Source of the DNA: Octopus vulgaris
Taxonomy: Eukaryota
Assembly: GCA_951406725.2 (NCBI GenBank)
Contig: OX597817.1
Span: 27,342,001-27,406,000, forward strand
Length of the DNA stretch: 64,000 nt
Direction: 5' to 3'
Positions 56,090 through 64,000 of this stretch are shown here, piece after piece. Below the pieces are notes generated by a model that saw only the letters and a program-made list of their open reading frames with translations, searched no databases and was not told the DNA's origin. The position numbers and the translations under genes are program-made. The number at the start of each line of letters is the position of its first letter. The stretch's first letter is position 1.

Positions 56090-56170
<81 letters not shown>

Positions 56171-56237
56171 TACATACATACATACATACAGATATATATA
56201 CATACATATATGTATGTGTGTATACACACAGACACAG

Positions 56238-56284
<47 letters not shown>

Positions 56285-56463
56285 TATATGCATAAGTATG
56301 TGTACACGCATATCTGTGTGTCTAATGTATATCCTACCGACCACGGCTGCAGCTGAAACTAATTGTGTAATGTAAATTTTTCATTCTATCTTTGCCTCTT
56401 TTAACATGTCTTTTTATGTATGAATACGTATATTCTTTCTTGTAAGAACAATGACGTGAATAA

Positions 56464-56517
<54 letters not shown>
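56090..56517. repeat. (TA)n/(CA)n tracts (56090-56300 and 56466-56517)
   Basis: Direct reading. Confidence 0.93.
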
Positions 56518-56521
<4 letters not shown>

Positions 56522-58064
56522 ATTTGTGTGAGTATGATACATGTCTGCGTATGACATAATATTTGTGGTATCGTATGATAAATATACCTGACTTGGTGCC
56601 TTCCATATTATCAACTGCATTCTTTTTGTTTCTTCCTTTCGTAGTTTTTGTTTATACCATATGCTCATATCAAAATAGTTTTCTGAATTATTTTCATTAT
56701 CGTTTCTTAACGTTTTTTTTTTACGGGCTATGTTTGGCGTTTTACCTTATCTCCTTTAATATCTTTACTCTCGTACCATCTACCACACTTCTACTTTTGT
56801 TTTTACTTAGTACAACCATGGCCATCTCATGTATTAACTAATTATTGTTACTTTAATTTTTTTTCTCTCTATGTCCTCCTTTGGCCATCAACTCTACCAA
56901 TATCATTATTCTTACTCAAGGCATTATTTACCTACCCTTACATTTTGTCACTAACAAATTTGTATTATACATACTATCTTCTGACAATTCTCGTTATCAT
57001 AACGTCTTCTGGAAAGAGTGATGCCCTATACTTTGTTCTCCACTTCACGTCATGTAATGCAAATATAAACCTCTTCAGATTTTATTGTCATTGAAAGAAA
57101 TCATTTCTGATAATTTACCCGACGATCGAATTTATAGCAAGTCTTCGCAAATTACAGTTATAGCACATTCACATTTGGCTAGTTGAGCAGCTGCTTCAAT
57201 ATCTAGTCGTAAACTTTTGTTTTTATGGTGTCTGCAACCATGGTATCATTTAATGTTCTCACATTTTCGTGTGAGTGTTTATGTCATTTCCAATATTTAC
57301 GGAAGAGATTCAAGTGTAAGTTTATTTGTATGTGCGTACTTGCGTATGTTTGTATGTGTGAGTTTGTGTATGTGCACGTGCGCATGCGTGTGTTTTTACT
57401 GCCAATCGTTTACTATTTAAGCGATTTGATTTTTTGTTCGTTAGTGTTTTTTTTTTACTCTGCCTCATTAGAATATTTCTATTCCTGGGAATGATATTTT
57501 TTGAACCTTGACAATCCGCTCTGGGATATATTTAATGCATATAACTTGCATTATTAGCATAAATTGCTTCCGTTTTATGTCATTATTTTGCATAGAAAGA
57601 ATTTGAGACAGTTCAACTTGCAGATCTCTTTATCAATTGATTTCCAATTGGACCATAAATCGTTAATTCTATTATATTATTGTCGGGACATAATGTAGAT
57701 GTCATTTTCACATTAAAGATGTATTCCACAGTATTTTTCACGCAGACATCTGAAGTCTTGTTGCTAGTAGTTACACAGCTAGGCGAAAAGTAGCACAGCC
57801 CATCTTTAAATGCCTTCTAAAATTTGTCAGATGCCCGGGGAGAATGTTTGGTTTTATCATATATAGATCGATGTTCTCAGGAAAAAACATCTTAACAAAG
57901 GTATGATGATGCTGTTCTACTGTATGTTTGAGGAATCTGATTTTGAATTTCAGTCTCTCTTGAAGCTTCAAAATTGTTCTTCTCTGCATCAAAAGCGTGC
58001 TTGGTGTATCAACCGTACGAGTGTAGACTCACATAATCATCGCTGTCAGTGTTTCACGTAGCAC

Positions 58065-58790
58065 CGAAGGAATCCTTTCAACAACTATAATGTGGTCTGA
58101 GCCAAAATCTTCCCTGCGACAGACTCGGATATCTTTCACGCCTGACTGACAAATTATGATAATGAGAATGTAATCAGTTTCCTTTTTTATTAATAATGAG
58201 TGAGTGAATGAAATATTGTAGATACTTTGAGGTGGGGTGAAGAACTTGTTAACAAATCTTAAGCTCTACAACTACTACTCAGCGCTAGTTAACTCTTCTC
58301 AATGCTGCTTCTGTTCTTGGTTCAGTCATCAGAGACCACTGCAAAGAATAATGCATTTTTGTTTAGCTACGCATCGAAATGCGCCGTCACCAGCTTCCTA
58401 TCATATTAAGGCACGCTATCTCGGCCATTTTCTTGATTATTATATAATGCTTCTTTACGTTCCTCTGTTTAAACTCATTCGGAGAGTGGATCTCCTTGGT
58501 AGTAAACATCATTTTGATGACCTTATTATTCACCAGGTTTCAATCAATTAGTACTCTTGTGGCATGTCTACTCATGATAGTGTCAACCCTACTAATATGA
58601 CGGTCTTTCTGGGTAGAGTACAGAGTTACTTTTCTGAATATGTGACGAAACTTTTGCCTCTCCAAATATCTCATGGAGTCTCTGGATATTTATGCGTACA
58701 TAGCCATCTCTCATTTCCCCTGTAATTTCCGTTTTATTCCTAACAGTGTACGGAGATTTAAGATGACTCTTATTGCATTCTTTGCCTCAG
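58065..58790 (-). pseudogene. Decayed non-LTR retrotransposon (RTE-like) APE endonuclease
   Basis: 58190-58070: KETDYILI....SGVKDIRVCRREDFGSDHIIVVERI (IDYIL / V.D.RV / GSDH motifs); weaker N-terminal NLRTL..INIQRLHEI near 58770-58660. Confidence 0.75.
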
Positions 58791-58938
58791 TGACCTGTCA
58801 AAGTAGTGTAGAGACAAGTGTCATTTAAGTTCTGACCGACGTCATCATGGATACATCAGCATCCTCATTGATTTGTTACTGAGAGAGTGAACATATTTGT
58901 TAATGAAGTGGCCCAGTCACTACTATAGTGCGTAGCGA

Positions 58939-59015
58939 CCCAGCCTTGCAGTAGTCCTGGCCTTACAGGAGACCCGGCCTTACAGGATTCCCGACCTTAC
59001 ATGAGTCCCGGCCTC
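58939..59015. repeat. GC-rich 17-bp minisatellite, 4.5 units
   Basis: cccagccttgcagtagt / cctggccttacaggaga / cccggccttacaggatt / cccgaccttacatgagt / cccggcctc. Confidence 0.88.
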
Positions 59016-59827
59016 AGCTATTTCTAAACTGAACGTAAGGGGAATGGGACCTTATCTAAATTTACATATTGACCCCCACCTCCTCCGAACTCTACTTTCA
59101 AATTCTGGATTGAAATATATTGTGGCCTATTCCAGTTGTGTGCTGAGAAATGAGGAAAGATGAAACACAAAGCTAGTAACCTTGTTTCCAGTAGACGAAT
59201 CACTATAGAAATGACGATTAAAGGGGAAATAAATATTGAGTTATGAACATTGAAGAATTCTTGCTAGGGTTTGCAAACGATATGAAAATAGAAAAATAAT
59301 TGGTATTCCTCATAAAATTTATTTTATTGAATGATTTTACTCTCATCATAGAAAATGCAACCTATTTGGTGGCTGTCTTGAAAAGTATATATCGAAATGA
59401 CTTTCCTGATTCACGCACAATAACGGTAGTCAGTTTTGTAAACAAATGGAATATATTCATATACACAGTTTAAACTCACATAGAAGAATATCTAAAATAT
59501 GCTAATGATAATAAATCCAGAGGTGTATATGTGAAAGCTTTCGTTGTGCTTATTGATAATGATGTGGGAACTTCCCATGTTTATTTTTAGTAAACAGTCA
59601 AAATAGCTGGGGATACGTAACAGACATATTTCGAAGGATTGTCATCTCGTCAAAGAAGATTCATTCTTATTTTTCCGATGATAAAATAATTGCTAATATA
59701 AATTGCTTAATATATTATAGATATAAAAGCTTTAAAGCATTCGATTTCATAAATTGAAACTCGTAAAAATATGAAAAACTTTAAAAAAGCAAGTCTGTTC
59801 TCCGCGTACATATATTCATACATATAT

Positions 59828-60030
59828 AACGGGAAGGTTTACGAAAATAAACAAAAGACGAAGGCAGGTTTTCGAAAATAAACAAAAGACGAAGGCGTGT
59901 GGTGTACAAACAAACAATTGTATTAATATGTCGCTCAGGAATATAAATAAAACAAGTCTTTTACGTTTCGAGCCTACGCTCTTCGACAGAAAGATACACA
60001 GAAAAGAAACAAGGAGAGAAAAAAATGCGT
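59828..60030 (-). mobile_element. Family D element with internal tandem duplication
   Basis: Reverse complement of 54871-55026; cgaaaataaacaaaagacgaaggc occurs twice. Confidence 0.82.
59957..59994 (-). ncRNA. Hammerhead-like motif, CUGUCGA core
   Basis: ucuuu CUGUCGA A gagc-guag-gcuc GAAA CGUA aaaga. Confidence 0.62.
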
Positions 60031-61632
60031 GTAGGAGCTAACGGTCCAACACATACATGTACTCACCAGATACACATGCGAAAGTGGATACCAAAACGTA
60101 TTATATATATATACATGCAAGCTCACGTCTACATAGTTATGGAATTGCATGCGTGATCGAAGATGTCATAGTGGTGTCTATCCTAGTTTCACTCTGCTAT
60201 AACTTATGTAAGACTATAATGTCTTACCTGGTCATTTTTAAAAATTCATTATTGATTGGAGACAGATTTATGTGCTATCCCTAGCAAGTCGAGAGGCCAC
60301 ATAATGTCAGTCTAGATTGTTCGTATGATCATATTACATCATATACGTAACAATATATATGCGTGCATACACACTAACTCACACACAGAACTATATATGT
60401 ATGCGTGTATATATATATATATATACATGCACATATGTTCGTGTACACTCTTAATTCGATTGAGGAACACTATTCCGACCATAGCCGCACACTGAAATGC
60501 TTGCAGTATTTAATATCGCTAAAAGCTGGCCATGAATATTGCATCAACACACGTTCACAAATCATAAGTGTATTTCATGCAGAGAAAGCTGATCAAATAT
60601 TGTCATTGATCGTTAAATATCTCTTAGTTATTAAATATGCCTTCATTCTTGGAGGCTGTTTTTATATGCTGTTATTATAGTTTTCAGAAACTACTACTGT
60701 CTCTCATGATGTTTTTCCCCAACCATATTTCAAGTATTGAAATTCGAAACAAGCTACTTAAGCATGTTATTTCCTTCTTAAATGACAGTGAGATCGATGT
60801 TTTATGATTCATATGTTTCGTGTGAAAGACATGAAATTCTGTAATATTGATAAAGATTCTTGACAATATGTGGTAGCGAAACTTACTTAGAATGATATAT
60901 CTGCAACTATCTTTTGATGACTGTACCCTCTTATGAATTTGATATAATGCTTTGTAGACATATCGCATATCTAACCACTAGATTTCTCTTTCCAACAAGA
61001 GTTAATGTTCAGTATAAATGGATCTATAAAGATGCCTTCTAAACGAAGATCCGAATACAAACAGCTAATTAAAATCTATCTAGGATTACACAGAGAACAG
61101 TTTAGTCGAATTATAAACAAGCAAAACAATATGTGATTGCTGTTATTCGAGCAATAAGTAAATATATCGCAATGTTTTGCGTATTGAGATTGTGATCATG
61201 CCGAGACACTGTTAGTTATATGGATCAAGCCTGGTCTTAACTGAATTGCTACAATGTTATGTTGGAGATGTCATTTGTGTCTAATGATGTTCTTTCATCT
61301 AGCATACATATATTTTTAGTTTTTGCCTTCTGTTGCATACAGAGAGCTGACATTGATGTAGACGAACGCTGAGCAGGCAAAATGTAAAATGGATCATAGT
61401 AGTAGATAATGTGACAGAGCCCGCTATTGTATAACATCTAGTGCCGAAGTTTACTACTTTTCCTAACACTTTCTATTTTATATTATTCTAAATTTTTCTG
61501 ATGATAATTCAGAACAGAAACGTAACGCATTCCATTCCCATAAATTTTTAAATGGTGTGCACAAGCACACACTCATATATACGCACACAAACGCATGCAT
61601 ACATAAACATACATGCACACATACACACATAC

Positions 61633-61636
<4 letters not shown>

Positions 61637-61670
<34 letters not shown>

Positions 61671-61910
61671 TGAAATAAAGAAGAAAGAGAGAGAATGAGG
61701 GAGAAAGATAGAGATAAAGAAAGGGAGAGAAAGAGGAAGAAAGAGGGAGAGAGAGAGAAAGAAAGAGAAGGAAGGAGAGAGAGAAAGCGAGAAAGAAAGA
61801 GAAAGCGAGAAAGAAAGAGAGAGAGAAAGAGAGCGAGAAAGAAAGAGAATGAAAGAGATAGAGGGAGAAAGACAGAAAGAAAGAGACAGACAGAGAGAAA
61901 GAAAGAAAAA
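61637..61910. repeat. Polypurine (GA)n/(GAAA)n low-complexity tract
   Basis: Direct reading. Confidence 0.95.
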
Positions 61911-62571
61911 AATAGGTGTATATTTTTATATGTGTAACAGCGACCTGCTAGCTATTAGCTAATATTTCGGACAACACTCACCTCTAAGGAAATTATATCT
62001 CTATATCTTCTGTATGACTTTCCTACAGTCATGTGACAACCACACGAAGCGATACATTTTACGTCATTAATGCACTACTTCAAAATACAGGAATTTAGGA
62101 ACTTGAAAAGCATTTGTCAATGGGACAATGACAACCTCTCAATTTTGGACATCACGGAAACACAAATGCCTAAAGATTTCTCTATTCTTTTTGCCATAAA
62201 CCACTAACACAAACTTTTATCGAAAACTCGCCTCTGTGGCATCCTACAAAATATATGGCGCTAGTATAAACACCAAGCTTATATCTTTTGAGAATTTCCA
62301 TGTTGTTTGTAACCTTAATTTGATACGTCAGAAAAAGAGCCTATTGTGAATTGACTGCAGACGGTTGAAGAATATGTTTGCAGGACTTTCTTGATAACAT
62401 CGAAATTATGTCTAAGTGCATTAACTGGGATAATGGATATTTGATTCATTGAGTAAACAAAGGAAAGCCATGGTAGAGATACATTCATTTATAGCCGACT
62501 GACTGCATCAGACAGGGTTGTATAATCTTGATTTAATTTTCATATAAATGGTTATTTTAAAAATATATAGA

Positions 62572-62605
62572 TGATAATAATAATAATAATAACAACAACA
62601 ACACT

Positions 62606-62697
<92 letters not shown>

Positions 62698-62956
62698 GAA
62701 AACAATGATGGCGACAAAGCTGTTGCTGTTGGTGATGATGATGAGGAGGAAGAGAGTAGTGATGAAGAAAATGGACACCTCCAACAACGATACAACTACC
62801 ACAACTACTACTACTACAAATGCAACTGCTACAAATGCTACTGCTACTGATGGTGATGATGATGATGGTGATGATGATGGTGGGGGATGATGGTGATGAT
62901 GATGATGATGATGATGATGGTGATCATGATGATGATGATGATGATGATGATGATGG

Positions 62957-63029
<73 letters not shown>

Positions 63030-63117
63030 GGATGATGATGATGATGTTGATGATGGTGATGATGATGATGATGATGATGACGATGATGATGACGATGATG
63101 ATGACGATTATGATGAT
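62572..63117. repeat. (AAT)n, (ACT)n-like and (GAT)n trinucleotide tracts
   Basis: Direct reading; yields poly-M/D/H/Y/L pseudo-ORFs. Confidence 0.95.
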
Positions 63118-64000
63118 CCGTCTTGTTCAACTGGCAGCTGATTTATACAGATACTTGTGATAATCTGCTAATGACGCCATTAATTCAGCTTCATTTAAAA
63201 ATACATTTGCCAGCCGTGCACATTCCGATAACTATGAAGCAATCATTAGTTTTCAGATTACTACAATCGCCAGTCTTCAAATCATTGTCGCTCTGGTAGA
63301 TAAATCCCACACAATCATGGTTATTTAAACTTGAAACATTATCCCAACATGTGATTTGTCTCATATATACTCTCGCGAGATTTCCACCAACGGTTTTCAG
63401 TTCGATATTGATTAAAAAAGGGACATACACTGCATCATTGCGGATATCGAACAAGCTAAGAATATTAAATTTCCGCTTCTCCTTCAACGTAGATGAGATA
63501 ATAATTGTCTACTATTTCCAGTCAAGTATACTTGTCTTTAAGTGGATAACTGCTTCATAATTTCTTGAATTCAACGGCAAGAAAACGTAATGTCCATAAG
63601 TTATTTGTAGTGAGTGAAGCTCAGCTATGATACCATAAACTTAGTCAATGACCGGATATTGTATGAGAACGTTTCCCATACTTCTAAAATTGCTTAAAGC
63701 AAGTACAAGTAATTTTACATATGAAGTCGACATTGTAGAAAATTTTGTATGATTACGTTATACAAAATAATTTAAATATACACAAATATGTAATTAAATT
63801 TATTTTGAAAATCTAATTATAAATAATGCAGAAATGAAAAACATATAAACTGACCCTTTTATGGAATACTTTAAAACTGATATAGAAAATAGAAGTTAAG
63901 TAGCACAACGTACTAAACAAAATATATTTTGCTATACGAATCTTAAGTACTTGAAGAAGGCCATCCTTAGGAGCTACAATGGGCGAAAGGTTCCCACTCT

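Noticed and set aside
58939-59015. Short repeat array as CRISPR
   Set aside because: Contiguous 17-bp units without spacers, eukaryotic context, no cas genes
62705-63160. Poly-Asp/Met/His ORFs suggesting an acidic or metal-binding protein
   Set aside because: Open in several frames because it is a (GAT)n microsatellite; no splice or codon evidence

Overview
AT-rich, microsatellite-dense eukaryotic non-coding DNA. The SINE families and microsatellite load look like an octopod cephalopod (Octopus-like) genome; this is pattern recognition, not a search result. No intact host gene is supported, and nearly all ORF-track entries are translations of (TA)n/(CA)n/(TACA)n/(GAT)n tracts or SINEs. The window holds many tRNA-derived SINEs from at least three families with exchanged tails, several with target-site duplications (TSDs). 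It also contains a decayed DD41D (rosa-type) Tc1/mariner, a mariner MITE, Helitron helicase, LINE APE-endonuclease and Penelope GIY-YIG remnants, and several large inverted repeats or palindromes tied to (TA)n tracts. The main signal is nine minimal type-I hammerhead ribozyme (HHR) folds from at least five unrelated short elements, mostly docked at (TA)n microsatellites. They include non-canonical cores (U3-A8 covariant, CCGACGA, CUGUYGA), a 306-bp perfect palindrome carrying an HHR on each strand, and an element joining a tRNA-type B box to an HHR tail. Folds were traced by eye and ribozyme activity is untested.
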